From: Eledone cirrhosa
Lineage: Eukaryota
Reading direction: 5' to 3'
DNA: 64,000 nt
Assembly: GCA_964016885.1 (NCBI GenBank)
Contig: OZ024740.1
Span: forward strand, 403,620,001-403,684,000
The translations under genes and the position numbers were made by a program. Every line of letters starts with the position of its first letter. Position 1 is the stretch's first letter. This document shows positions 27,918 through 41,509 of the stretch, piece by piece. The notes beneath the pieces are model-generated. The model did no database searches, was not told where the DNA came from, and saw only the letters and a list, made by a program, of their open reading frames with translations.

Positions 27918-28176
27918 AGTTGTTTACGTATATCTATAACTTATAGTGTTATTGTGTTGGCTAGTCGTGTGGTACATTAAATATCACCATCTTGTGCTAT
28001 AACCAGTTGTTTACGTATATCTATAACTTATAGTGTTATTGTGTTGGCTAGTCGTGTGGTACATTAAATATCACCATCTTGTGCTATAACCAGTTGTTTA
28101 CGTATATCTATAACTTATAGTGTTATTGTGTTGGCTAGTCGTGTGGTACATTAAATATCACCATCTTGTGCTATAA
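27918..28176. repeat. Three identical 87-bp tandem repeats
   Basis: agttgtttacgtatatc... at 27918, 28005 and 28092. Confidence 0.95.
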
Positions 28177-29803
28177 AAACAATTGGCCTTTCATGGGCAG
28201 ATATTCTATTCATACATGCTTTAAATATCTCATATATTCTCGATATCTCTTTGAACTAAGGCTTGTATAAAAAAGTGCCCTGCGCAAGAATATAATACAA
28301 TATTCACATTGTATTTAAATCCATGGTCTTTTCACTTGACAATTTTAGTTTTAATCTAAAGACTAGCAAATTCAACGCCTCTTGCAATATGAATAGTTTT
28401 CACGGGAAACTGAAATTACTAATTAAAAGTCTCGTTTTCATGTTGTTACAGGGACAGAAGATAAACGTTTCCCTGATACAAACATCATTCTAAATGAAGA
28501 AACGTACCCTAAATAAATTTTATTTATGTAATCAGTAGTTAATTGAACTCACATATGAACAATTGTGTTTTATTCTATAAAACAATGATAATGTTTGTAT
28601 CACATTTTACCAAAGCAAGACAGAAAAAGAGAAATGGGAAGGACAAGAGAAAAAAAGAATTGAACCCAAAATATTGATAAACATTCTGTGAAGACCTTGT
28701 AAACCTCTTCAATAAATACTAATGTCATGCAGAAATACTTACATTTAGGAGGATAAGCTTAACCTTAATGAAAAAGCAGAGGACAATCATTATTAATTAT
28801 ATAAAAGACACAAGTATGAAAAAGCATTTTGATCGTTTTCATCTCTGTTCAGTTTTATATAATGTGACATATATGAAGTATTTCACAAGAGAGAGATGTT
28901 AGATCAAAATGATTTCTACAATATCAATGTACAATATGAAGGCGGTGCTTCCGCATGACCTTTGACAAGATGGATAACGGAAACTGAAGAACATACCAAC
29001 ATATTACACCATTCCAAGATTATATTAAAAATACAAATAGCATCAATTTTTATTAAAAAATTTATTTTCAAGTTCAAAAATACGTAAAAATACTTTAGAA
29101 TTGAAAAATAAAAAATAAAGATGATAATGTTGTATATAATGTATAAAATTGTATAGATTTCTTTTAAGGAATAAATGTTAGTATAACAATTCTAGTTTTC
29201 CCTGTTGTTAAATCTAACGTTTCAAATTGAATCTTTAAACAGATATTGCATCAATGAAAAGAACATACTAACATTTTAAATTGTTTTCAAGGGATTAACA
29301 AAAGGTTGAACAATGAACATAGAGATCTCGGTGGGGCAAATGTTTAGAACCGCTCTGTCTAGTGAATTATCTATGTAAATGCTAGATGTAGAGATCATTG
29401 AATCTATGAATATTTAGTTGATAGCTTTCCTAAATATTCCCACAATCTATTCAATTGCTAAATCATTTGGAAATGGCTTTTGAAGTAACATCGAATGTTT
29501 GCAGGCAATAATCGCTCGAAATTTACTTTTCAATATTATTTATTTTATACATCATGTAGAGGGGTAAATTAAGATCAATTCGTTACTGTTTGAATAGGAT
29601 TCATATTTGCTCTGCAATTTGCCAAACGGATGTGTGTCCTTTGATTTCATAAAAAGATCACGCTGATCCATATCTAATTCAATCATTAGGATCATTTGAA
29701 AAGAACATAATAAATTATATATATTTCTTTATTGATCGGTGGAAAAAAATCATTTTGAAACTAATAACGTATTTTTATATGTGACACTATTTTTATTAAC
29801 TTG

Positions 29804-29897
<94 letters not shown>

Positions 29898-29953
29898 TCT
29901 TTTCGGAAACATTCTAGATGTAGAAATTAATATAGATAATATTCAAGTGCCAA

Positions 29954-30133
29954 TTAACTAAAATTAGTTACATAAAGGGAAAATATGATTAATACTGAGA
30001 ATGCGTTAGTCATACCAGAACTTGATTTAGGTTGGAAACTTGCATATATGGTTCTTCCATTCATTTTTTGAATAGGTCGAAAGTTTTTGAGACCATGGTT
30101 ATGGGAATCTTTAGCTCCCCAAAACTTCTTAAG
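29954..30133 (-). CDS. Alpha-carbonic anhydrase exon 8 (last): LKKFW...KNFRPIQKMNGRTIYASF...SSSG + hydrophobic tail
   Basis: ttttgcag|ctt acceptor. NFRPxQ motif. GPI-like C-terminal signal. TAA stop. Confidence 0.92.
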   Translation of the reverse strand, partial: LKKFWGAKDSHNHGLKNFRPIQKMNGRTIYASFQPKSSSGMTNAFSVLIIFSLYVTNFS

Positions 30134-30254
30134 CTGCAAAAATTACAAAAGGAAATGTATATATATATTAGTGTTAGAGTAATTGGAAATAGTTTTAAGA
30201 ATTGTGGAAAATATCATGTAATTAAGTAATTAATGGATTCAGTATATATTTATT

Positions 30255-30439
30255 GTTTCTACTTCTGGCACAAGGCCGGCAATTACCCAATAGATTACTG
30301 GTACTTTATTTTATCGACCCCGTAAGGATGTAAGGAAAAGTTATCCTCGACGGGATTTGAACTCAAACCGTAAAGGGACGTAACTGTGCTAGAAACATGG
30401 TGTCCAACCCTCTACCGATACTGCCAATTCCCCACCCTT
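30255..30439 (-). mobile_element. tRNA-SINE main family, TSD tatatatttattgt (further copies at ~39130-39304, 41893-41968, 43745-43906, 48090-48286, 48309-48445)
   Basis: Same A/B boxes, core and tail as 10348-10540. Confidence 0.9.
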
Positions 30440-30875
30440 ATATATTTATTGTACCAAAGGAATGTATCTTGTTACAGACTAAAATTAAAACGATAACATT
30501 TAGCCTCCAGTGAATGATCGGTATTTATTGATAGCTTTCGTTGCTAGTTATGCTGAAACATTATAATATGGTTTGTTCTTAACTGCTCCTTATCGAGTGT
30601 TTGCTTCTAAGCGTCAGCAAACGACTAATATAATTCAAAGTGGGGATATAGACGTTGATTATGTGCTTCCTTTTAAAATTTAAAAAAGTACTCAATACCG
30701 AAGTAGAGTTTAAATATTCATTTTATTAAGGCACCTAATTAGTAGCTAGAGCAAAATTCCGGTGCCTGATGAAAGGCCAGTTTTCAAATGGCTCCTCCAC
30801 TGTACAGTGGTGACCATAACTGGACCCCGAAACATAAGACCACGCATACATGTTAATTGTATGGTATTTGAAATA

Positions 30876-30934
<59 letters not shown>

Positions 30935-31199
30935 TTAAACTAATATATATATATAAGCCTTAAACTAATATTATTTCTTCCATTGTTTGTGACGTTTGTT
31001 TTGTTATTTTTGTTATTTGTGTTTTCCTTTTACCTACGTATATATATAAACCACTATATTTTTCTAGTGCTGCATTTCAATGTATTTTTTAATTTGTCTT
31101 TTACTTCATTTTTAACGTAAAGTTTTAGTCATCTAAGAAACCTTTGTCATATGTCTTACAACTTAAGACCTCATTGGAAAAGCGGAAAACGTTGATCCC

Positions 31200-32000
31200 A
31201 GAATTTTAGATAGTTACCACGCAGCAATATAACGGAATGATTGCGTCGTACAACATCGCATTACTGGTCAGAAAAGCCAGTAACGTCCCACACAACAGAA
31301 CAAAAATTACTTCGACCTCTTATTAAATAACTTCTCTCGACTGTAATGCATAAAAAGGCTGACACAATTATGAAGATGACTCCACTTAGACTTAGTAATA
31401 ACACAACTTCTCGACCTAAAATGGCCACCGACGTCAAATATCAACTCATCCATATTCTACGGAATTATGAATTTTCCATACAAGTTGACGAATCAACAAT
31501 TGTAGGAAATCAATGCATGATAATGGTCTGTGTTCGTTTGCTTCATGAAAATATTTAACCGTGTGAAATGCTATTGACTGATCAATTGTTGGTTGGCTCA
31601 AAAGGTACGCCTATTTTAGATTAACTGAAGCTATTTTTCTAATGACCATAACATACCACTTAAACAATAATATTGCCTATGCATCTGATGGAGCGCCTGC
31701 TGTGATAGGTAGATACAGATGTTACCCTTCTCCTTTAAAACTCGAAGTGTTTTAACAGTTCACTGTATGACTCACCGGCAACATTTAGTGGCAAAAAATA
31801 TCCACGGTAGGCTTAGTGAACAAGCTAAAATCGAATCCTTTGACTAAACGCATTTTCTATCAACTGTGTTTTGACAATGATAATGACTATGTGAGGCTTT
31901 TGTAACGTACAATGGTTGTCAATTTTATCAAGCTATTTGATATAATAATATTTTGTTTCAAAACACTCCACTATTCACTTCCCCGATTGCTTCAAAATGT
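31200..32000 (+). pseudogene. hAT (Charlie/Buster, ZBED-like) transposase fossil
   Basis: FSIQVDEST, ASDGAPAVIG and VHCMTHRQHLVAK motifs, interrupted by stops and frameshifts. Confidence 0.75.
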
Positions 32001-33343
32001 GATATTGTTTTCTTAGCGACATATTCTCTAACCCTAACCATAAAGATAACCTTGACCATGAAACTATATTTATAATAAAATATAATAAAATACAGCTTGC
32101 TTTCATTTGTTCTTTAATAGGGTATTAGCAGCCGCCGTGTAAGTCAGCATTATTTGTTACCCATGTCAAATAACTCAACACAAACATTCAGCGTATCTCT
32201 GGTACACTTCTTTTGGCGAGCTAAATGTGGAACACTATGAGTTCGCTTGACCTCCAAGAAATAGCTGCCACATAGATATGTGGCAGCTATTTCTGTCAAA
32301 TCATACGCCACTGCCTTAATATTAGAAAGGATTATATCGTCCTAGTTATATTGAAAAATTACAGTATAGTAACGGTTGTAATGCATTTGATTATAGAGCA
32401 ACGGTCTTGCACTTGCAAAAGATTGGAAACGTCTGTAAAGATCATGGTCATACTAAAAAAAAAAAAGAAAAATAAATTTATAAGTAATATAGACAAGACG
32501 ATATAAGATAGTGATTTCCAATGCTATGATGATTTGATATGTTTTTTTGTGACACAGCGAAACCGCTAGAGTGGGTGTAAAAACATTGTTTGTAGCATTA
32601 GATTAATATTATTGTCACAACAGATGATTTTCGAATCTAATCCTCCATTTACGGAGAGTTTGGGGCATTAATACTTAGCCAAGCCCATCCCTTCTCCATG
32701 TCTGAATGCAGCTGATTTCTTGAAAGAGAGAGAATGAGAAAGAGATGAAAGGCAAAATTGTCCTCGACAGGGTTTGAACTCAGACAGCAGAGAACCGAAA
32801 CGAATGCAGTGAAGTATACTATCAGACGTTTTAATGATTCTGCCACCCGTCGCCTTAAACTTTATATTACATATAAGCCAATCATTTTATTGCAATCCAG
32901 TGGGTGTTAAATGTACGCTTATGCCAAACGATGTGTACTGAAACGTTTTCTACAATTGATATTTAAATGTATGTATATGAACATTCGTTTATATTTGTCA
33001 TTGTAGTCTTGTTTTTCTTGTAACTCGATAGATAATTATACTTTGATTTACTCACTGGGAGAATTTTTATAACTGTGGTTAGATTAATGGCAAAGACGAC
33101 TAGAAAGGAATGTTAAAAAAGAACTGAGGGAAACGAAAGTAATTTTTATAATTTTCTTAGACAGATTATTACGCATTACTGCAATTTATTTGGCTTTTTG
33201 AGATTGCAAATGATTTTTTAAAAGTTCGTATAAGGTAACACACTAAATTGATTTGTTCTCTAACAACATCGATATTTCATCTAAAATATTAGATTATGTA
33301 CAAAACCTATTAGTGAAATTGTTTATAATTTTAGTTTCCTTAC

Positions 33344-33504
33344 CTGAGCCTTAGATATCATCAGTGGTTCAGCAAAAACGGTCCATATGACTGCTTCAGA
33401 ACATGGAGGAGTTGTGAGACTTCCATTGTATCGATAAAAGCGAGTGAGGTCTGTGGCGGAAATCAATCCTTTCAAATCGAAATCCTTTATAGTCATACCA
33501 GAAG
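33344..33504 (-). CDS. Carbonic anhydrase exon 7: [11 protein letters not shown]...[22 protein letters not shown]...ISKAQ
   Basis: GSLTTPPC motif. ctttag| acceptor, cag|gtaagg donor. 161 nt, phase 1 to 0. Confidence 0.97.
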
Positions 33505-34307
33505 CTAAAGAAGTAGAAGTATAATCCGATTCATGAAATCAATAGTTGATGTCGTTTATGTAACATTTTAAAGAAGTTTAATGTATTCAACTAAATAAAG
33601 ATGCATGATATATTTACATTTCCTAACATATTTCATACTCTACTACTTTTATAGCATAGAAGCAAATAAACACTTGAACAAAACTTTTTCAGCATATTAG
33701 AATGGTAGATATAATGTATTGCTATCCTAATAAAATCATAAAAACATTGTGAGAGTAGTTCTATATGTAACAACTTTTTCAAATCTGAGGGAATTTTTTA
33801 TATGTTTATTTATTTTTTTAATTAACTCGTAAATAACTAGCTTATGCTCCTCCCACCGCCTTTTGTATTTATTAACGATGTTCGGACTGGTGCTTCTACA
33901 CACTCATTTACGTAGATAATATATGCATGTGTACAGAAGTGCAGAAGCATCCCCCCACATGCAACCTATACTCCTGTTTATGAAAAGGGTCCATCACAAT
34001 ATCTTTAAATACTTTATTGAGCAACATAAAAGCAGAGCTTATATTAATGATATATTCTACACCACACCTTCCTCTGATTATGAACAACACAACAAAAACG
34101 TATATATGCGGACACGATCAATCGGATTCAGCAACAGGCATACAAACGCGGTTAGAATGCGATTTCAGTTCTTCGTAACAATTTTCTATTGAAAACGTTT
34201 TACATCTCAAATTCCGTAATACCATGGGCCCATATTCCGCAACAGAGAATATATGCACTTACGTCAACTCATTCACACTAACATTTATAATAATGTTAAT
34301 TACGCAC

Positions 34308-34368
34308 CAGAAACCTTGTCCACGTTTGGTGTGATTTTCTCTAAATATTGGTTGCTATTATCGTCGAC
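34308..34368 (-). CDS. Carbonic anhydrase exon 6: VDDNSNQYLEKITPNVDKVS
   Basis: tttcag|gtc acceptor, tg|gtgcgt donor. 61 nt keeps the frame. Confidence 0.85.
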
Positions 34369-34475
34369 CTGAAACAAAAAACATACTTAGATTAATGTGT
34401 TTCTTATAATTATAATTGATAATAAAATTGATATAAAAATTGGAAGCACCTTTATTAGAGAGTGTTAGGTATTAC

Positions 34476-34568
34476 CTTGTAAAAGAAACCGAGGACAGCT
34501 AAACCATCAGAATGTTTGAGTGCTTCCTGTACGTCCGGGTATTTCGTATTCATGTGTACAATATGCAT
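34476..34568 (-). CDS. Carbonic anhydrase exon 5: MHIVHMNTKY...DGLAVLGFFYK
   Basis: Third Zn-ligand His in E|MHIVH and the GLAVLG motif. 93 nt, phase 0. Confidence 0.97.
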
Positions 34569-35398
34569 CTATATATATGAAAATAAAATAATTTATTATT
34601 AGAATATCAAATTCCGCTACATCATTATAGTGTGACGATTGTAGGGGGGGGGGGGGCGTGGCCGTACTTGTATCATACGCTTCTTTTACAGAAGCTTTCC
34701 AATTTTAAATTCGTCGTAGAAAAACTGTTTGTGGGAATCTTAATTGTCCATCCACGCAACATTATCTGGTCTGAACATGAGTTTTGATGATTGTGATGCA
34801 AACATAGTGAGACAATCAGTTCTTTGAAGTACTTTGTTGTCTGGTGTCAGAGCTTCCTATTTGATATTGAATAAGCATCTCAAACATTTTTAGTGAAATC
34901 TTTCAAGCAACTTGTAGGTTGTCCATGTTTCAGAAGAATGCCGGAGGACGGTCCGAACATGCTTTTTATTGACATTGACTTCAGTTCAAATAGTGACAAC
35001 ATGATCTAACCACACCCCCAATTTTCTAGCTTGCTAAAAGCCATAAAAACCGTTTGAATTCCTGAGTGAGTTTTGGCATATAGTAACTGATATATTGACA
35101 AGTTACTGCCAACAAAGTGCTTTTGAGCGATAAGAATTATTTGACGAAATAATTATAGATTTATGAAGAATATATTAGTTTCATGTAACAATATTGAAAG
35201 AAAAACAAATTCTAATCTACTTTCATTGCTTCATTTTCTTGCCTAACTTTCATACGTATCTTAGATTTTTTCTGTTTATTACATAACTTAATTTTTACAC
35301 ATAAACAGATCAAAGAACAAAGATTAAGTAAAAAAGAAAGTCTTTTTGGAAAGAACTATTCGTATGTTTTAGTGTAAGAAAGAATACTTTTAACTTAC

Positions 35399-35544
35399 TT
35401 CTAATGGGTAAAACTTATCATTTAAGCTGTGTTCCGATCCACGATCTATAGAATTTTCAGCCCAATGGAAATGAAGTTGGAGAACTTTATAAATATTGTT
35501 TAGTTTGCCTCCGTTTAATGTACCACCATTAACTGTCAGTTGCA
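35399..35544 (-). CDS. Carbonic anhydrase exon 4: VQLTVNGG...QLHFHW...GSEH...YPLE
   Basis: HxHW zinc ligands and GSEH. ttccag| acceptor, gaa|gtaagt donor. Confidence 0.97.
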
Positions 35545-36429
35545 CTGGAAATAAAACAAGCATGTTACTAATGTAAACATTCTGTAGAAAGAAAAACAAA
35601 ATCAGCATATAAATTTTCAAAACATTTTCAAATTAAATTCAAATTTCGTTTGGATCACTCTTACTAGTACCAACAAAATTTGATGTACAAATGATTGTAT
35701 ATGACAGAGTATTTCAGGTTTATAAAACGTAGTTTGGAAAATAAATATATACTTATACACCAGGTCTGAACACAATGGAACCAAACTTCCACTGGCATCG
35801 CCTCCGTCTCTCCCACTTTCCCCACCTCTCACTATTATGAGCAACTGGTCACCCTGTGGCCCCGGCAGACAGAACAGAAAAGGTGTTTCCCGGGAGGATG
35901 GTGAGAGAGACGCGTTGAAGAGCCATTCTAGCTCGCGAGGCTCACACCAGCAGGTAACCAGCTCTGTACCGATAGTGGTGAGTAGGGTGGTGGTGAATCA
36001 GGAAATAAGAGCCTATGTGACAGATGATGTGGCAAATTTGTTTAGATTTGGCTGTGAAAATGATATTAATTTAATGCTGCTAACAATTGTTTCCATTCAC
36101 TCTAGGGGTTTCGTTGGGTCTCCAGATAAATATCGAATACCCACAACCTCCAGTTACGAAGTAATGGTCAACTCAAGTTTCATCTAAATTATATAGAAAT
36201 TACATTTCTTATTATTTATTTCGAGTTATAATGTTTTCGAGTTCAAATGTGTAGCATTAACATTCCGTTTCAACGTTTTATGTTGAAAAAATTCCGCATT
36301 TGTAATATCAAAAAAATTATTACCTGAAATATTTCCCCAATAGTGTGCGAAATGACGTAGAGCAAAGAGGCTAAATGATTTAGTATAAATTTCCTATAGA
36401 AAATGCACCTCGTAAATTCTTATCTAGCA

Positions 36430-36780
36430 CTTGTTCAGTGAAATATCTGCTTGCCACTTCCAGAAATCCTCTTTTTGCTGCGTAGCGCACTCTGCTATCC
36501 CCGCGAAGAATATCTCTACAAACTTGACGTTCACTCCTGTGCAAAATGCACTTGTAAAGTCAGTTTTGATGACATAAGCTGGCAGCAAGTGACACTGTCC
36601 GTGAGGTTTCGGCACCTCGGCCTAAGCCAATCATATATCTTATCATTATCGGCCCGTCTTCCCTCCACATCTCCAGCCAGACGCTCATCTACGAGTTTCT
36701 TTCTAAGACACCCGAACCTAATGTTGACCGTGAACTCGAGTCAGTGCTTGTTGACTGTGTTAAATATAGCCTCTTTGTGG
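36430..36780 (+). mobile_element. Degenerate CRE-like LINE fragment (a small RLE-end fragment also lies at ~35850-35990, -)
   Basis: LFLLRSALCYPR...WQQVTLSVRFRHLGL resembles the CRE thumb motif WxQAxLPxxxGGLGL. Confidence 0.6.
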
Positions 36781-37629
36781 TTCAGAACGCAGCTTATCAA
36801 CACGACAGAGAAAATATCAAATGTAATTCAGATGCACGAGAAGTTAGTGAATTGCTTATGCGTTAGACAGTGGCACTTGATAGAATTCTGTGATCTTTTC
36901 GTCAACCAGCATCATAAATGCTACTTCGGACTACACTGGCTTTTTTGTCTTAGTACTGGGCGTTTTCCGGAGTATGCTGCTTTGTACGACATCATTAAGT
37001 GAAGTCTAGTTACTGCCGGTTTCTCATCACAACTTGAATTTATTGTTCACGGGTGCGGCAACGACAGTTTTAGGAAAGTATATAATCCATTAAATTGACT
37101 CCAGAAATCCCTAACATTTCATCAACTCCGTCCACTATAAATAGATGCAAACCAAAGTTCATTCCAGCTATGGAGGGGGTAAAGACGCCCCAAACTGAAT
37201 ATTAGATCGGAATTATTTGTGGTTGAACTTCCGTTGATTCTGACGAAGAGTATTCCATTTAATTCTATAAACGAAAGTCTGAACATAAAATTAAAGTGCA
37301 AATGGCTAAGCATTCCACTCACACGTTTACCTTCAATGTAGTTCTCAGGTATAGTCAGTGTGACAACGTGCATGATAAGACCGGCCTTGCTTGCAACTGA
37401 ACAGATAGCGGCAGCATGAAATAAAGTTTTATGTTCAAGACAAAACGCGCCGGACGTGAGACAAACACTCTAGCCCTAAACCAATGCGTCTTCACATGGA
37501 ATTAGAGATCTGAAACTAAATATTCTAAGGTATTAGTTTGACTCAGGGGTGTTTCTAATCACAAAACATTTATTTTTCATAAACAGTAAGTATAAAAATG
37601 ACAAATAGTTATGGCAGCTGACAACTTAC

Positions 37630-37791
37630 CTGTATGCCCATTATTCGTCAAATTGCTGTTTCCCGAACTTCCAAACTTAGAGAAATCAAAATCAGGAAAT
37701 CCGATAACTTTTGCTGTAACGCTTTTAATGTTAATTGGAGACTGGGAGGTTTTACTACAACTCTTATAGTGATTGGACCATGAACTAATAT
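37630..37791 (-). CDS. Carbonic anhydrase exon 3: DISSWSNHYKSCSKTSQSPINI...LTNNGHT
   Basis: QSPINI and NNGHT motifs. ttacag| acceptor, cag|gtaagt donor. 162 nt, phase 1 to 1. Confidence 0.97.
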
Positions 37792-38716
37792 CTGTAAAGA
37801 GAGTTCTTCATAATAAAAAAATATTCTAAAAATATTCATTGTTTTATTCTCATACTGGATTTAGTCAAAAGGCTGCGGCTAAGCTGGGGCATAGCATTGA
37901 TACGGTTTTAATCGATTATGTCGATCCCCAGTACCTATTTTTTCTCAAGTCTACTAAGGTTACAGAGAATAAATAAGCAGTAAGTGTAGAGACACAAACG
38001 TAAACAGTAGAATAATGCACATGCAGACACAAACATACATACATAGATACATACATACATGATGATGATGACTGGAACTCGATTTCAAGTAATGCCATCG
38101 CTTGATACTTAAGCATGAGTATCACGGACGTGGTATTTTAGTCTGCTAGGGACTTGCCTATGGGCAGCAATACCATGCATCGCAAAAAATGTCACATATC
38201 TAGCGATGCCCGCGCCTGAAGTTTTTTTAAGTAAGGAAAGGCTTTGCGCGAGGCCAATCCCACTCTCTGAACATCAAATGTATTTACCTAAAAAGAAGAA
38301 CTGGTCTATATCATTGGATGCAAACGAAGTCGCAGGTTTTATATCTAACAAATTTCACTCTCAAGGCATTGGTCAACTTGATGCTATAGTAGAAGAGACA
38401 TGCCCGTGGTGCAATATAGTGAGAATGGATTCGATACTATGTGACTGAGAAGTAAACTTCTTAATCATACAGCCACCCGTGCGCCTATATATAATGGTTT
38501 TAAAGGGGAATAGAAAACATTTATATATAACGATTTTAAAATATAAGTATCTCTAAATATAAGTTTGTCTGCATTTGGCAAGTTCCTCTCTTGTGTGCAG
38601 GAAAAGACATGGGCTGATATATAGCTTGATACCAGTAATATCGCAAACGAACTCAGAAGATAAAGAGCAGGAATTGACTTGGCATGTTGTCATGCTTTCA
38701 CAATTCCGCCAATTCA

Positions 38717-38811
<95 letters not shown>

Positions 38812-38873
38812 TCAAAAGCTAATCTTAGGTTTTACCAATTAAATTGCTTTAAATTAAAAAAAAATGTTCTTAC

Positions 38874-38888
38874 CTGTATAGTTCCAAT
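38874..38888 (-). CDS. Carbonic anhydrase exon 2, 15-nt micro-exon DWNYT
   Basis: Pyrimidine tract tttcaag|attggaactatacag|gtaaga. Supplies the conserved N-terminal W-x-Y motif. Phase 1 to 1. Confidence 0.85.
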
Positions 38889-40252
38889 CTTGAAAGATAA
38901 AAATGAAGAAAAGAAATTTGAATTTATTATGTAATGATAAATAATTAATAAAAAATTTATTAACTAATTAATAAAAAATGTATTAACTAATTAATAAAAC
39001 AAAATATTAACTAATCAATAAATAAATACATTGCAAAATAATTAGCTTAATGAATCTCTAAATTTTGTAACAAATTTTAAGTTCAAAGTTTAAAATATTT
39101 CATTTGTTCTTAATGAAAACAATAATTAATTGTTTCTACTTTTGGCACAAGGCCAGCAATTACCCAGTACATTACTGGTACTTATTTTATCGACCCCGTA
39201 AAGGCAAAGTTAACCTCGGCGGGATTTGAACTCAGATCATAAAGGGACGTAACTCTAGGCTTCAAAGCATGGTATCCGACTCTCTACCGATACTGCCAAT
39301 CCACAACAACAATTAATGATGAAGAATATTTCAAATATGTTTGCTACACAAAGTTAACAGATTTGTTTTCCTTATTCCTTTTTCAACACAATGAGAATAA
39401 TTGGTTTCTATGCAATGGGGGAAATAGTGAATTGTATTTATTTTAGCAGCTGTCTGGTGATTTATCTTATCAACCTTTGCAGGGCTGACCGCAGCGAGAT
39501 TTGAACTCAAAACATAAACATCTATAACAAAATAAATACTACAATGCACTCTGTCCGACGTTCTAGTGATTATGGGAGTAATTGATAACCGCAAATATGT
39601 ACAACCCCACCATTTCCAGTACTTCAAGAGAGAAGTTCTGCATTAGTAGATTCATAGCAGAGTAACCTTGAGCAGAACGCAAAAGCTATCAGTAGGAAGT
39701 TATGATATAGAATAATATTGGAAATGTTTTCTTGGTGTATATTTTGAGTTTTTAATGTAAACTTATACTCTTCCAAGAATTGTTATATTAAAAGATACAC
39801 CTGAAATACAGATCCATTACCGATTTACATATGAAAGACAGGATGAATATTTTAACAAGCATATATTTCATTAGTGAAATTATATAGGTTTAAAGTAGCA
39901 AAGATTCTTAACTGTTTTAGTTGCTGAACAGATGATCAGGGAAGCGATAATCCAGAAGAGGCGAAATATCAAATTAGAGTATGATTTCATGTACCTTAGA
40001 AGATGCTTCATATGTACATGCAAAGGAAATCTTGCTTTAATATATCACGTAAAACAATATGTACGAAGACTATGGGAAACATTAATCTCTACAATAATGA
40101 TTGTACTGTGTCCTTCGTTTGTATATATTTTTTTAATAATCTGTTAAGGTTTCCCCTTAAAAAATTTGTTTTCCTTTTGTTTTGTTTTCGCTCGTTGTCT
40201 TGTCCTTTCTTTGTTAATTTTCTTAAGTTTATATATATATATATATATATAT

Positions 40253-40360
40253 AAATCAAGGTAGTGTAAACACAGAAAATATCTTTAAAAATAATATCTT
40301 AAAAAATAATAATAATTATTATTTTTAAAGATATTTTCTGTGTTTACACTCCCTTGATTT
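40253..40360. repeat. Short fold-back (about 42-bp arms) next to (TA)n
   Basis: aaatcaaggtagtgtaaacacagaaaatatctttaaaaataat ... attatttttaaagatattttctgtgtttacactcccttgattt. Confidence 0.85.
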
Positions 40361-40466
40361 TATATGTTCTGGCTTGTTAATTTATTAACTTGCTATTGAA
40401 CCACACTGGCATACGGACTATACTTGTATCCCTGTATGTATTAATTACATATAGGACACATACTTT

Positions 40467-40496
<30 letters not shown>

Positions 40497-40500
<4 letters not shown>

Positions 40501-41176
40501 GGAAAAAATGAAACGAAATTTCATTTCCCACTCTTAGTACGGCTGTTACTTAAATATAAGTATGTACACGTACATACATATATGTATACAGACGTACAGT
40601 AGTATGTATATATATATACATACATGCACACATATATATATATGTACGTATGGATTCACCGAACATTTATTATAATGCTCGTTGTGTTTGTAAACAAATA
40701 TCCTGTATTAAGCCGTAGTGTCTAGCAACCATCGTTGCTCGTTTGTTCAACACTGACAAAGGAACGCTGTACTAGTTTCAAGCTTATTAGCTATCGTCAG
40801 CAACGTATACCTTCCTGCCAGATTGTTGAATGTATATACTTACCTTATGCATATTAACGGCTGAGTAGCCCAATTTGCATATCGAGTGGGTTAATCGGCC
40901 GGGTGCACCGAAAACGATAAACGGAAAAATGAAATGAAATTTCATTTCCCTCTCTTAGTACGGCTGTTACTTAAATATAAGTATGTACACGTACATACAT
41001 ATATGTATACAGACGTACGAGCAACGATGGTTGCTAGACACTACGGCTTAATACGGGATGTTTGTTTACAAACACACCGAGCATTATAATAAATGTTCGG
41101 TGAATCCATACGTACATATATATATGTGTGCATACCACTGTACGTCTGTATACATATATGTATGTACGTGAACATA

Positions 41177-41180
<4 letters not shown>
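40497..41180 (-). mobile_element. Non-coding pLTR/retrozyme-like insertion: ~421-bp unit + partial direct copy + inverted partial copy, in (TA)n
   Basis: 40497-40600 is repeated at 40919-41018. 41016-41180 is the reverse complement of parts of 40555-40742. Hammerhead at 40765-40805. Confidence 0.8.
40765..40805 (-). ncRNA. Minimal hammerhead ribozyme
   Basis: cgttg-CTGACGA-t-agc(taataa)gct-t-GAAA-ctag-TA-cagcg, with palindromic ACTAGT stem III. Stem I extends past an internal loop (agg-tata / tt-cct). Confidence 0.88.
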
Positions 41181-41256
<76 letters not shown>

Positions 41257-41331
41257 TATATATATATATATATATCGTAATAATAATCACGAAGACCAAA
41301 ATCCGAAGAGGGCTCGATAAGAACTGTATAT

Positions 41332-41374
<43 letters not shown>

Positions 41375-41509
41375 ACGAAGGAAATGTGGTACGGAACCAG
41401 GTGGACCATAACGCACCAAAGTACTCAATACTTAGGGTAGTAGAGTGGGTAATAGGAACAAGTAAGACCCCGACGGCTGAGCTCAAGCCGTCGGGGTCTT
41501 ACTTGTTCC

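Noticed and set aside
30730-30850. Hammerhead-like ggtgc-CTGATGA...ccagtt/aactgg...GAAA
   Set aside because: No properly placed UH cleavage site or stem III, so it was not counted.
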